The notes: a model not told the origin generated them from the letters alone. DNA of 64,000 nt from Promethearchaeota archaeon (GCA_048939995.1 JBHLOY010000001.1:1-64000), one strand, 5' to 3'. Positions 1 through 9,816 are shown, counted from the stretch's first letter. Made by a program: numbers and translations.

Positions 1-1649
1 GCTAATTCCAAGATAAGATCAAAAAAGATATGTTCATATTTCTTATCTTTAAAATCTAAACCAACAGCATCTATTCCCGATCTTAAGAGTTTCTGTGCTT
101 GAGACAAATTGCCAATATTTTTATAATATTTTGCTCGGAGAAGATAATAATTTAATTTAACTTTTATAGAATTTTTAGTTAATTGAAATGCTTTTCTAAG
201 GTTAACTTTTGATTGGGATAATTCGCTTTGACTTAGATTTATCAGACCGATATAAAGATATGCCATCCCTAGAACGTTTTCAATCTTAATTGAATGTTCT
301 TCCTCTTTTTCTAAGAATTTAACTATAATGTCAAAATGATTAATTGCTTTGATAAAATCTTGTTTATTATAATACCATTTCCCTAATTTATAATGTATCC
401 GTATAATGTATTCTATGGGTACTTCTCCTGATTTTGCAATTCCAAGAGCATTTTGGAGATAGTTGAGGGCAATTTGATCTTGATTTAGAAGTGAAGCTAT
501 TTTTCTTAGTTTAAGTAAAATTGAAACAACAATTTTCCGTTGTCGATTCTTATTAAATACTATTAAAGAATTATTAAGTAAATCTGTGGCTTCATTAAAT
601 TGATAATTTTTTATCAATTCTTCTGCTTGGGTATATGTATTTAGCGATTCGATAGTTTCAAAGTTGATGGGAGGAGAATTTAAAAGATCTGTATGAATAG
701 GGTATAATTCTGTTTTTGAGATTATACTTTCATAATGAAGTGGAGTAAATGGAAAATTATTTTGGTCCATTTCATAATCTGTAGAATCTAATTCCCTTTC
801 TGGTCTTAAGTTTATGAAGTCATTTTGAACAATTTCTCCTAAGGAGACTATTTCAATTACTGAATTTAAGAACATCCTAGAAAACTTTATCCAATTTTCA
901 ATAGCCTCATTAAATTTAAAATCAGATTTATCAAAGATATTAGTTATAATGTATGGTGTATAGCAATCAAAAGATGAGCGAATATAGAATTTATTATATT
1001 CTAAATCTTTAAAGTAAGTTAAAAATCCTTTTTCCAAAATAAAAAATTCATCAAATCTTTCATCATTAGAAAAAAAAAGTGTTTCAGAAGTTCTAAGTTT
1101 TGGAACTCCCCTTCCCAATTCCCAGGGCAATTTAAAAGTTGGTTCTAATCCAATAGTTCTTACTATTTCTACAATTTTTGAGATATAGGAACTATCAAAT
1201 ACATTAAATTTCTCTCTATTTGATAAAGATATGCGGATTCGATTTATCCAAGTGCTTTCATTTTCATTTTTTATGGGTTCAGGCATTATTATATTTAGCA
1301 AATCGATTAAGGCATTTTCTTTACCTTTTATTGGAAAGTTGTGCTCTATTGAGACTCGTAAAGCGAGATTTCTAAACATTTTCATAAAATAGAATATTGT
1401 GTTATTGGTACTCTGATTTAAATCCCAAAATTTTAAGGCAATAGAGACACGGAAACTGACTATTTCAAAAGGTATATTAATACGTAAAGGCAAAAAAATA
1501 GGAAGTTTTATTGTAAATAATAATAATTTTTCCTTTGAAACACTATATCTAAAATAATTTTGAGTATAACCATAAATTTGCCATCCATTTTTTTCTATCG
1601 CAGTTCTCAAATTCGCTAGTTCATTTTCAGAAAGTGGACGGATTGACAT
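1..1649 (-). CDS. TPR-repeat protein, 3' end truncated by the window edge (absent from ORF track)
   Basis: ATG at 1649 (MSIRPLSENELANLRTAIEKNGWQ...); the segments translated by hand near both ends are in one open frame with TPR-like helices (IHYKLGKWYYNKQDFIKAINHF; LGMAYLYIGLINLSQ). Confidence 0.8.
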   Translation of the reverse strand, partial: MSIRPLSENELANLRTAIEKNGWQIYGYTQNYFRYSVSKEKLLLFTIKLPIFLPLRINIPFEIVSFRVSIALKFWDLNQSTNNTIFYFMKMFRNLALRVSIEHNFPIKGKENALIDLLNIIMPEPIKNENESTWINRIRISLSNREKFNVFDSSYISKIVEIVRTIGLEPTFKLPWELGRGVPKLRTSETLFFSNDERFDEFFILEKGFLTYFKDLEYNKFYIRSSFDCYTPYIITNIFDKSDFKFNEAIENWIKFSRMFLNSVIEIVSLGEIVQNDFINLRPERELDSTDYEMDQNNFPFTPLHYESIISKTELYPIHTDLLNSPPINFETIESLNTYTQAEELIKNYQFNEATDLLNNSLIVFNKNRQRKIVVSILLKLRKIASLLNQDQIALNYLQNALGIAKSGEVPIEYIIRIHYKLGKWYYNKQDFIKAINHFDIIVKFLEKEEEHSIKIENVLGMAYLYIGLINLSQSELSQSKVNLRKAFQLTKNSIKVKLNYYLLRAKYYKNIGNLSQAQKLLRSGIDAVGLDFKDKKYEHIFFDLILEL

Positions 1650-1784
1650 AAAAACGATCGAATTGATTAACTTAATAATCTAATAAAGTTCAATAATTTT
1701 AATCTTTTCTTTAAATATTAACAATATAAATACTTGAATTCACTTGTTAAATTTGAAGGTTATAAATTAATTATTTATTATACA

Positions 1785-2408
1785 ATGGATATTGCTAAAT
1801 TTAATAAGGAACTAGGATATAAAGTTGCTAAGGCAACTGGACTTGAAAATAATAATAAAATTAAAGAAGCTATTGAAGAATGGGTTAGCATTTCGGAAAT
1901 GGTTATCAAAGCCTCTAAAACTCCAAATTTAGAATTTTCATACAAATCAATGTTAATTGATAAGACAAAACAGATAATTGATCATATAAAAGGTTTAAAG
2001 ATAAAACTCATAGAAGAAAAGAAGATAGATGCTATTAAAAGTTATTCTGAATCCCAAGAATATATTCACATTCAATCTAATGAAAGTGTTAATCAAATCG
2101 AATCGAAGGTAGAAAATCTCGAAGAAATTAATGATAAAAAACCTGTTGAATTCGTTGAAAAAAGCGAATTTAAAAACCTCCCTAAGGGTTTTAAAGAAAT
2201 TAAGGCAGAAAAAGATTTTGAAATTGTAACGCCTCATGATAAAGATTATATCAAAAAAATTATATCTAAAAACCACACAAATATGCATAATAGAGGAGAA
2301 AACCAAACTTCTCCAGATCAAAAAAAAATAATTTGTTTTGCATGTGGTGTAGAATTACCTTATGGTACAAAACTATGCCCTCAATGTGGTACACAACTCA
2401 AAAAATAG
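1785..2408 (+). CDS. MIT-like three-helix protein with C-terminal zinc ribbon
   Basis: Likely ATG start at 1785 within the 1734 ORF; N-terminal VAKATGLENNNKIKEAIEEW...KTKQIIDHIKGLK resembles MIT; C-terminal CFACG-x8-CPQCG. Confidence 0.65.
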   Translation: MDIAKFNKELGYKVAKATGLENNNKIKEAIEEWVSISEMVIKASKTPNLEFSYKSMLIDKTKQIIDHIKGLKIKLIEEKKIDAIKSYSESQEYIHIQSNESVNQIESKVENLEEINDKKPVEFVEKSEFKNLPKGFKEIKAEKDFEIVTPHDKDYIKKIISKNHTNMHNRGENQTSPDQKKIICFACGVELPYGTKLCPQCGTQLKK

Positions 2409-2423
2409 AGCTTTCTCATTTAT

Positions 2424-2969
2424 TTAATCTCTCTTCTCTCGTATCTTTTCATATTTTTTAATAGCTCTTTCTCTCCAAACCGTTTTCCATCTTTTAAATC
2501 CTGACTTTACATATCTTTCTCTTTTATAGAAATTATAACAAACCCAATTATATAAAATGAAGTATCTCTTTACCCCACTTTCTTTAGTTAGTTTTTTAGA
2601 TTTTATACCCAAATCATTCTTTAGGTGGGATATAAATTTACCTTCGATAGCATTCTGAAGCTTTCCTTCAATGATTGAATTTTCATAATTAATACCCTCT
2701 TCGTTGAAATAGTTTCTAAGTTCATCAAAAATATTTCCTCGACAAACTACTATTTTTTCTTTTTCTTTATTAAAGTTTAATTCCCTCAAACCTTCCTTAA
2801 CTAATTCTAACGTTCTTTTATAAGGTACTTTATTTTTCCAATTTTCATTTTGAAATAACTCTACTGGGAGTGTTTTGAAAATTAGCTCTCCAGTTTCTTT
2901 TCTTAATATGCCAATAAAAGCGTTGCCAACTATGTCTCCTGTTCCAGCATCATCAATTTCAATCGTCAT
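2424..2969 (-). CDS. Conserved archaeal protein with RNase H-like N-terminus
   Basis: MTIEIDDAGTGDIVG resembles the RNase HII motif GIDEAGRG; likely start ATG 2969. Confidence 0.55.
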   Translation of the reverse strand: MTIEIDDAGTGDIVGNAFIGILRKETGELIFKTLPVELFQNENWKNKVPYKRTLELVKEGLRELNFNKEKEKIVVCRGNIFDELRNYFNEEGINYENSIIEGKLQNAIEGKFISHLKNDLGIKSKKLTKESGVKRYFILYNWVCYNFYKRERYVKSGFKRWKTVWRERAIKKYEKIREKRD

Positions 2970-3147
2970 TTTATTTTTACAAAAATTTAGAATCAATAAA
3001 TATTATTCATTAAATGAGTTATTTGATTTGAAATTTATTATAAGACCTGGTACTGTATTGATGAAATCATCACTATCTAGAATGATAATAAAATTATTGT
3101 ATTGGGAATTATTTAAAAAATTATATTTAAAATCTTACTAATATCGA

Positions 3148-3945
3148 ATGATAATGGAGATTGAAATTTTAGTAATAGGAAATGAAATTTTAATTGGAAA
3201 AACTCAAGATACAAATTCTAACTGGATGGCAAAAAGGATAACTAAATTTGGTCATAAACTCAAAAGGATAACAACAATAGGAGACGAAATCGAGGTGATA
3301 TCAAATACGATCAAAGATATTTTAAAGCGTAAACCAGATATTATTATCACATCTGGAGGGTTGGGTCCAACATTTGACGATATAACACTAAATGGGGTCG
3401 CTAAAAGTTTAAATAGAACCCTAGAGTTAAATCAACATGCTTATAATTCAATAAAGAAAGCTTATGACCATGCTTATCACAGAGGTATATTAAAGCTAGA
3501 AGGAATGACTCAAGAACGAGAAAAAATGGCAATTCTTCCTAAAGACTCAATTCCATTGCCAAATACAGTTGGTACTGCTCCTGGGGTCAAATTAACTGAA
3601 GGAAATACTACCTTTTTTATACTACCTGGTGTACCTGCTGAAATGAAAGCGATTTTTAGAAATGTTATAATACCCCTCTTAAAAGAGCAAAAAGGTAAAT
3701 TTATAGAAAAGCATTTTCTTTTTTCTGGTATTGGAGAAAGCCAGATTGCTCCATATATCACTAGATTAGAAGAAAAGTACCCCCAACTTTGGATAAAAAC
3801 TCATCCCAAAATAGGATTATCGGTGGAAGTTGAGATTTCTATTACCTGTTTTAATGTAGATAATGGAGAAGAATTAGTCAATAAAGCTATAAGTGAAGCT
3901 AAAGAAATAGTAGTAAATTTAAATGGTAATTTAAAACAATACTAG
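3148..3945 (+). CDS. CinA-like molybdopterin-binding domain protein (nucleotide pyrophosphatase type)
   Basis: IGNEILIGKTQDTNS, SGGLGPTFDDIT, GTAPG and LPGVPAEM motifs. Confidence 0.9.
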   Translation: MIMEIEILVIGNEILIGKTQDTNSNWMAKRITKFGHKLKRITTIGDEIEVISNTIKDILKRKPDIIITSGGLGPTFDDITLNGVAKSLNRTLELNQHAYNSIKKAYDHAYHRGILKLEGMTQEREKMAILPKDSIPLPNTVGTAPGVKLTEGNTTFFILPGVPAEMKAIFRNVIIPLLKEQKGKFIEKHFLFSGIGESQIAPYITRLEEKYPQLWIKTHPKIGLSVEVEISITCFNVDNGEELVNKAISEAKEIVVNLNGNLKQY

Positions 3946-3948
3946 GTG

Positions 3949-3963
3949 CCACCTTGCGGGTGG
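3949..3963. terminator. GC-rich hairpin between convergent cinA-like and selD genes
   Basis: CCACC-TTGCG-GGTGG; on the minus strand CCACC-CGCAA-GGTGG directly 3' of the SECIS. Terminator or stabiliser role is inferred. Confidence 0.4.
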
Positions 3964-4016
3964 ATTTCTCAATAAACACTCACCATAAAGGTGTTTAAGT
4001 TTATATCATTGACATC
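3963..4016 (-). promoter_or_regulatory. Eukaryote-type (form II) SECIS element in selD 3' UTR
   Basis: Minus strand GAUGUC-A-AUGAU-AUAAACUU-AAA-CACC-UUUAU-GGUG-AGUGUUUAU-UGAG-AAAUC: AUGA/GA core, helix 2, apical AAA and extra mini-stem, starting right after the selD stop. Confidence 0.9.
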
Positions 4017-4017
4017 T

Positions 4018-5046
4018 TTATAAATTCTGAATTTCAATAATTTCTTTGTTTTCATCAACTCTAACAGTCCTAGGTTTTAAAGAGTCGATGGTTCCTATAA
4101 TCCAATTTTTTATACCATTACTATAAAGTGTATCTGAAAATTCTTCTGCTTTGACTGGGTCGACAGCCATCAGCATACCTCCAGCAGTCTCATGACAAGT
4201 ACAATCATTAAAGGCATAACCTAATTCACTTGAGAGCTCTTGTGATAACTTTATAGCAGGGATTTTTTCTAGAACTGCTGATAAATTAGAATTTTGCAGC
4301 ATTTCCTTTGTATGACCAGATAATCCAAATCCTGTAACATCCGACATTGCATGTATAAAAGAGAAATCACTGTAAGAGTGGATAGTCTTTACGACATCTT
4401 GGTTTGATGTAGTCATAATTTTGATAGCAAAGTTTATAGACTTTTTTAACTCATCTTTTGAATATTGCTCTAGCATTTCAGGAAAGTCTTTTAAAATTCT
4501 GTATGCTGCCATTATTGCTTGAATTCCTATCGGTTTTGTAAGGATTAATTTATCTCCATCTTTAACGCCTTGTTTTTTAATAATAAGATTTCTTTGGATA
4601 TAACCGGACGCTTCTCCACCTATTAATGGATCCTGAGTATATATAGTATGGCCACCGACTATTTTAGAATTAATCTTGTTCTCCATGAAGTTTTTAATAC
4701 CTATAAGTATTCTTTCAGCGACTTTCATTGGCATATTTGTATTTATACCTAGAAACACTAACATCCCGGAGATATGAGGAACATTCATGGCAAAGATGTC
4801 GTTCGTGACATTACATGCAGCAATTTCTCCTTGTATCTCTGGTTCATCAACAATCGGAGTAAAGATATCTAAACTCTTCACTAAGACTAAATCGCTGTTA
4901 GGTATCGACAATACAGCGGCATCTTCAATATCTCCCGCTATACCAGCATTCTGCAATAAATCTTCTAGATTATTTGGACCTAGTTTACATGATCATCCAT
5001 GAATCTTAACTTGAGTTGTGAGTCTATATTCTTTATTTTTTTCCAT
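4018..5046 (-). CDS. selD: Selenophosphate synthetase, selenocysteine-containing (UGA = Sec18)
   Basis: The ORF-track frame extends upstream through TGA at 4993-4995 to ATG 5046: MEKNKEYRLTTQVKIHG-U-SCKLGP; GAGGTG SD-like site upstream; SelD motifs EDAAV, DIFTPIVD, GGHT, SDVTGFGLSGH, ETAGGML. Confidence 0.95.
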
Positions 5047-5253
5047 CTTTCACCTCATCTTTTATTGAGATAATTTGGTATAACTCCTAGTTTGTAATAG
5101 ATTTTAAATTATCGTATTTCAAAATTAATTATCATTTATTAATTAATTTATTATTTCGATAAATTTATCCAACATTTCGATAAGTAATATTTTTAAAATA
5201 TTAATAGTTATACTTTTTTGTTAATTTTTTATTAATAATATTAAAGGTGAAAT

Positions 5254-5577
5254 TTGATGGTTATAATAATTGAGAGAGTAATTCAGAGGATTGCGAATGG
5301 CAAATGGGAGGAGTTAGAAAAACTTGATAAGCAATTTAATGAACTTGAAGCACATTTTGGATTTCCTAAAAAAAAAAGATTTCGTTATATGAGTGGAGCT
5401 TATGACACTCAAACATTAGTCATTGAAAGACAATGGCAAAGTATGGCGTTAATAGAAAAAGCTTATGTTAAAGCGTTTTTAGATTCTGATTATCAGAAAT
5501 TATCTGAAAAGATAGAACCTATTGTAGAATGGGAAAAAATTGAGTTACTTATCCCTCATCCACCTGTTCCAGAGTAA
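5254..5577 (+). CDS. Small alpha/beta protein (NIPSNAP / dimeric barrel-like)
   Basis: TLVIERQWQSMALIEKAY...YQKL pattern; AAGGTG SD-like site upstream. Confidence 0.5.
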   Translation: MMVIIIERVIQRIANGKWEELEKLDKQFNELEAHFGFPKKKRFRYMSGAYDTQTLVIERQWQSMALIEKAYVKAFLDSDYQKLSEKIEPIVEWEKIELLIPHPPVPE

Positions 5578-5634
5578 TTCGCTAAGATTAATGCTAATTT
5601 AAAAACGTATATAAATGCTTGACTAAAAAACTGG

Positions 5635-8568
5635 TCAAGGTAAGAGTAGATCAATTTTTTTAGTTGTTTTTCGTTGAAAATCAAATGGGTCTTTATAAAA
5701 TAAATTAAGATTTATCTCATCTACAGTCGGATCTGCTAAATTTTTTTCAATATTGCGATTAATCTTAAGGACATAATTGAACTTAAAAACACTCCCCGAC
5801 TTTAATTCATTTAGATATAAATAGCTTGGAAAACTTTCTTTCATAAGAAATGTAAGATAAGATGGGATTTTTAGTGAAATTTGAATTTCTCGAAAATCAA
5901 AATTTGTGGGATTATTTAATTTAAAATTTAAATACATTTTATTACCGATAGTTTTTATATTTTTAAAAAATAGAAGATCTTTTGCTTCTATAAAATCATC
6001 TTCACTTCGGGGTGAATAAAGATTATCATTTACTATTTTGGCATTTAATTTACGCTTATGAATGAAAGCAAGGATTAATTCTTTCAAAGATTTAATATCT
6101 AATTCTAGATATAATGCTAGATGTTCCAAATTTATTGGATTAATTACTTCTAAATAATATTTAATTTGATTTAAGTAAATCTTGTTGGAACTTTTTTCTG
6201 AAAAGTTTTTCAGCTTATTAATCAGTAATTCTTTCGCTGATACAAATTTTGTAATAAATGGTCGAATATATAAATTAAAGATATCATTTTTCTCCTCAGC
6301 AACTTTTCCAATAATATTATCAATTTGATCTTCATAATTTTCAATAAAATTTTGAATTTGCCTTGAATTCATTTCGATTAATTTCTTTGCATCCATAAAC
6401 TCGCTCTTTTGGATCAAAGTATTTAATTTTATACTTAATTTATCGAAACCTTCATTAAACTTCTTAAAACCTTCAATCCCCTGGGTTATTATTGATTGGA
6501 TATGTCCTTGAAATAATTGAAATCCTAACTCATTTTTAATGCCATTAACTTCTAATTGTTTCTTATCTCCTTTCGTTGTTTCGACAAAGTAATTAACTAT
6601 TTTATCTTTTATTTGTTTTATTTTCTTATCTAAGTCACTCAAATACTCTTGAATTTGGATTTTTGATTCGACCCATTTTTTTACCAAATCTTGAAAGATC
6701 TCATTGAATTCTACATTGTTTACCAAAATTTCTCTAATATCATCATCGAGTCTGAACAAATAATTTCTTAATTGAGTAATTTGAGTAAGTCGTTCTTCTA
6801 TATCTTTATCTTGTGGTTTAGACATTAGAATGTTATCTAAATCATCTGGAAACTTATAATTCTTAATAATTTCAAACTGAGCATTTAATACCGAGATTCT
6901 ATCTTCTAAAACTTTAATTTTAGATTTTAAAGTTGATGTAAATTCTGCTTTTTTCTCTTCAAATATTTCAGAAATAAAACCTTTGACGATACTTAATTCA
7001 TCAATAATGAGTAACTTTGTTTCTTGCCAATCTTCGATTAAATTAAAGGCTAATCTTTTATACTCAAATTTATTGATTTTTTTATTAAACTTCTTTATCT
7101 TTTTAATAATATCAGAATAGATTTTATTTAATTTGATTTCAGTTTCATGAAATTTGAATTCTTTTATATAAGAATTCATTTTTTCACGAAATTGAGCAGG
7201 TATCTTTTGAAAGTCTTTAATAGTCTTATGGAGAGTATCTAAATCTTCATTAACTCTCTGAATAATATCATCAATTTTGCTAAAATTTAATTTAATATTA
7301 TTTAAGGTAAATGATATTTCTTCTTGAACGTCAGGATCAGTTTCGATTTTTAATCTTTTTTCTAACTCAACATAAAGCCAAACTGCTATCTTCTTGTTTT
7401 CCAAAATGAAACATATATTTCTAAGGAGATTTATCGCTTTCTTTCTCTCTCTCCAATATTTAGACTCTAATCTATATAACATTTTAGTAATTTCATTTTC
7501 AATCTCAACTTGATATTCTTCAAACAATCGCTTGAAAACCAAAGCAACAGCGTCTCTCACATCTTCAGATGGATTCTCAAGTTCCTCAAAAACATAATTA
7601 AATATTTCTGTGATATTATTCTGACTTAAATGATAAAGAGCATTAATTATTATATTTTTAAAATCAATATCGCTAGTAGTATAGAGCTTATTAATCAAAT
7701 TAGACCAAATTTGATCAAAATTATTGTGGGAGATACTTACAAGAGCATCAATTACCTTAATTTGAATCCGATAATTATCTTCCTTAAGTAGATTTATTAG
7801 TTTTGGAATTATAGGGATTATCTCTGAGGATTTCTCTTTACCAATTTCTCCAAATAACCAAATTATTAGTTCTTTTACTCGAGGCTGTTCATTATATAAT
7901 AGGTTCAGGAGAATATACATTATTTTTTCTTTAGACAAAAAATAAATCCCAAGAATCTTGAGTAATTCTGCTGCTGATCTAGCTACATCATCATCTTCAT
8001 CTCTTAAATTTACAATAACAATTGATAATAAAGGTTCTAAATCACGTATTTTGGTATAATCTTGATTTAAAATTCTTTTAATCGTTTTAATTACTTCTAA
8101 TTTTACTTTCCAATCAGAATCCATTAATTTTTCTGTGAACTCTTCAATGATGGCGTATAATTCTTCACGATCAATGTGTAAAGATAAGATTAAATTCCCA
8201 ATTATTTTAACTGCTAATCTCCGAACAACAGATTCTTGATCATAAAAACGATTTCTAATTTTTTCTATTAGATCAATCAGTAAATTTGGGCGATATAATG
8301 AGATTTGATAAAGTATTTCTAAACAAACAAGCCGAATCCAAGAATTTTCATCGTTCATTATTAAATCTATGTTCTTTACTATCCGCTCAGAAATAGGAGG
8401 AGCTTTATCACAAATTAAATTTAATAAATTCAGACTTTTGTATATTAATTCCTTATCTGAACTAGCTTCTTCTTCTAAAATCAGAAAAATTTCATCAGCG
8501 GCTTTTTCATAGTTACCGCAAGCGATCAAGTCTTTTACTTTTTCTTCGTCTAAACTAATTGATGTCAA
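5635..8568 (-). CDS. HEAT-repeat solenoid + coiled coil + PCI winged helix + C-terminal beta-sandwich
   Basis: Repeated LxDxxxxVR-type HEAT motifs over about the first 420 aa; INLEHLALYLELDIKSLKELILAFIHKRKLNAKI (PCI-like); beta-rich C-terminus LNFKLNNPT...YLNELKSG...INLNLFYKDPFD. Confidence 0.75.
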   Translation of the reverse strand: MTSISLDEEKVKDLIACGNYEKAADEIFLILEEEASSDKELIYKSLNLLNLICDKAPPISERIVKNIDLIMNDENSWIRLVCLEILYQISLYRPNLLIDLIEKIRNRFYDQESVVRRLAVKIIGNLILSLHIDREELYAIIEEFTEKLMDSDWKVKLEVIKTIKRILNQDYTKIRDLEPLLSIVIVNLRDEDDDVARSAAELLKILGIYFLSKEKIMYILLNLLYNEQPRVKELIIWLFGEIGKEKSSEIIPIIPKLINLLKEDNYRIQIKVIDALVSISHNNFDQIWSNLINKLYTTSDIDFKNIIINALYHLSQNNITEIFNYVFEELENPSEDVRDAVALVFKRLFEEYQVEIENEITKMLYRLESKYWRERKKAINLLRNICFILENKKIAVWLYVELEKRLKIETDPDVQEEISFTLNNIKLNFSKIDDIIQRVNEDLDTLHKTIKDFQKIPAQFREKMNSYIKEFKFHETEIKLNKIYSDIIKKIKKFNKKINKFEYKRLAFNLIEDWQETKLLIIDELSIVKGFISEIFEEKKAEFTSTLKSKIKVLEDRISVLNAQFEIIKNYKFPDDLDNILMSKPQDKDIEERLTQITQLRNYLFRLDDDIREILVNNVEFNEIFQDLVKKWVESKIQIQEYLSDLDKKIKQIKDKIVNYFVETTKGDKKQLEVNGIKNELGFQLFQGHIQSIITQGIEGFKKFNEGFDKLSIKLNTLIQKSEFMDAKKLIEMNSRQIQNFIENYEDQIDNIIGKVAEEKNDIFNLYIRPFITKFVSAKELLINKLKNFSEKSSNKIYLNQIKYYLEVINPINLEHLALYLELDIKSLKELILAFIHKRKLNAKIVNDNLYSPRSEDDFIEAKDLLFFKNIKTIGNKMYLNFKLNNPTNFDFREIQISLKIPSYLTFLMKESFPSYLYLNELKSGSVFKFNYVLKINRNIEKNLADPTVDEINLNLFYKDPFDFQRKTTKKIDLLLP

Positions 8569-8746
8569 GCTAATACTTTTATCGTATTCTATTTATCCAA
8601 ATATTGCAATAAACTCTTTTGTCGTAAAACTATAAAAATGTTATTTCAAAAATAACATAAAAATTTGATATTTTAAAGTTAAGGAGAATTAAAATTAAAA
8701 AATAAGAACCTTTAGATTTTTTTATTATAATGATTTTTGATGGAGA

Positions 8747-9295
8747 TTATTCAAATAGTTCGATAATTGCTGTACCAGGTGTAGCTACCCTTTCTCTATA
8801 AGTTAAAATCCCTTCTGGGACTTCTTTTGTTTTAACTAATCCTCTTTCTATGTCTTTTTCAGTGATATATCCTCTTTCGCCAGCTTCAAACTGTTTGACA
8901 ATATTACTATGCTCATCTTTTATGTCAACATTTGTAATTGTTATCTGTTCTACTTCAAAATAAACTCGTTTTCCTTCGAATTTTGATACAGTTGCTTTAG
9001 TAGTTAAAAAATCTCCACATCTTATCATCGCTCTCATCTCCACTTCTATTTTAATAAGTTTTCCATATTTGCCATGTTCAAGAAAATCTTCAAATAATTT
9101 TGTTATAAAGCCAAAACTAAACAGACCATGAGCAATTATACCCTTAAGACCTGCCTTTATAGCTATTTCATCACTAGTATGTATTGGATTAGTATCTCCT
9201 GAAGCTTTTGCATATTCTCTTAATAATTCACGAGTAATTCCATCAAATTCATTCTTGATAACTTGTCCTATTTTAAGATCAGATATTTTTACCAT
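8747..9295 (-). CDS. MaoC-family (R)-specific enoyl-CoA hydratase/dehydratase, catalytic subunit
   Basis: YAKASGDTNPIH and GIIAHG hydratase motifs. Confidence 0.9.
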   Translation of the reverse strand: MVKISDLKIGQVIKNEFDGITRELLREYAKASGDTNPIHTSDEIAIKAGLKGIIAHGLFSFGFITKLFEDFLEHGKYGKLIKIEVEMRAMIRCGDFLTTKATVSKFEGKRVYFEVEQITITNVDIKDEHSNIVKQFEAGERGYITEKDIERGLVKTKEVPEGILTYRERVATPGTAIIELFE

Positions 9296-9315
9296 TTTTA
9301 TTACCTCCTATTAAA

Positions 9316-9816
9316 TTAATACCCTCCAGGTCTAATTCCAGCTGTTACAATTGGTTTTACGACCAATTCACCATTTTGATTTTTAACGGTAACTAGAAAT
9401 TCGGCTAAAAGCATCATATTTTTTTCAATTAACCACACTTTACCCCATTTAGCAGTAATCATGAGTTTATCTCCAGCTTTAATATCTACACAGCCATCCC
9501 AATCATAAGTTTGACCCATATGCAATAATTTTCCGGGATTTTTAACAAAAGGACGCTCTTGCCCATCCTGTATGATTTTCATACCAAGTAGCATTTTATA
9601 AAGGGCTTTAATAGTAAAATTATTAGCAAAAGCATGACAAGCAATCACCCCTTCCTCTTCCGATCCTACATATTTAGGATCAGTAATTCCATATACTTTA
9701 GCAAAATCAACTACAGTCTTATATCTAACGTTGAATTTTACTGAACCAGGAACTTCTTTGCCGCTTAAATTATTTACTAAAAATTCGGCATTTTTCTTGA
9801 TTTGTTCATCATTCAT
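9316..9816 (-). CDS. MaoC-like hot-dog dehydratase partner (HadA/FAS1_DH_N-like)
   Basis: DFAKVYGITDPKY and LLHMGQTYDW; tandem with the MaoC gene. Confidence 0.75.
   Translation of the reverse strand: MNDEQIKKNAEFLVNNLSGKEVPGSVKFNVRYKTVVDFAKVYGITDPKYVGSEEEGVIACHAFANNFTIKALYKMLLGMKIIQDGQERPFVKNPGKLLHMGQTYDWDGCVDIKAGDKLMITAKWGKVWLIEKNMMLLAEFLVTVKNQNGELVVKPIVTAGIRPGGY

Noticed and set aside
4018-4956. ORF-track selD start at TTG 4956, or selD as a pseudogene
   Set aside because: The upstream frame gives the conserved G-U-x-C-K motif, an SD-preceded ATG and a SECIS, so recoding explains the stop.
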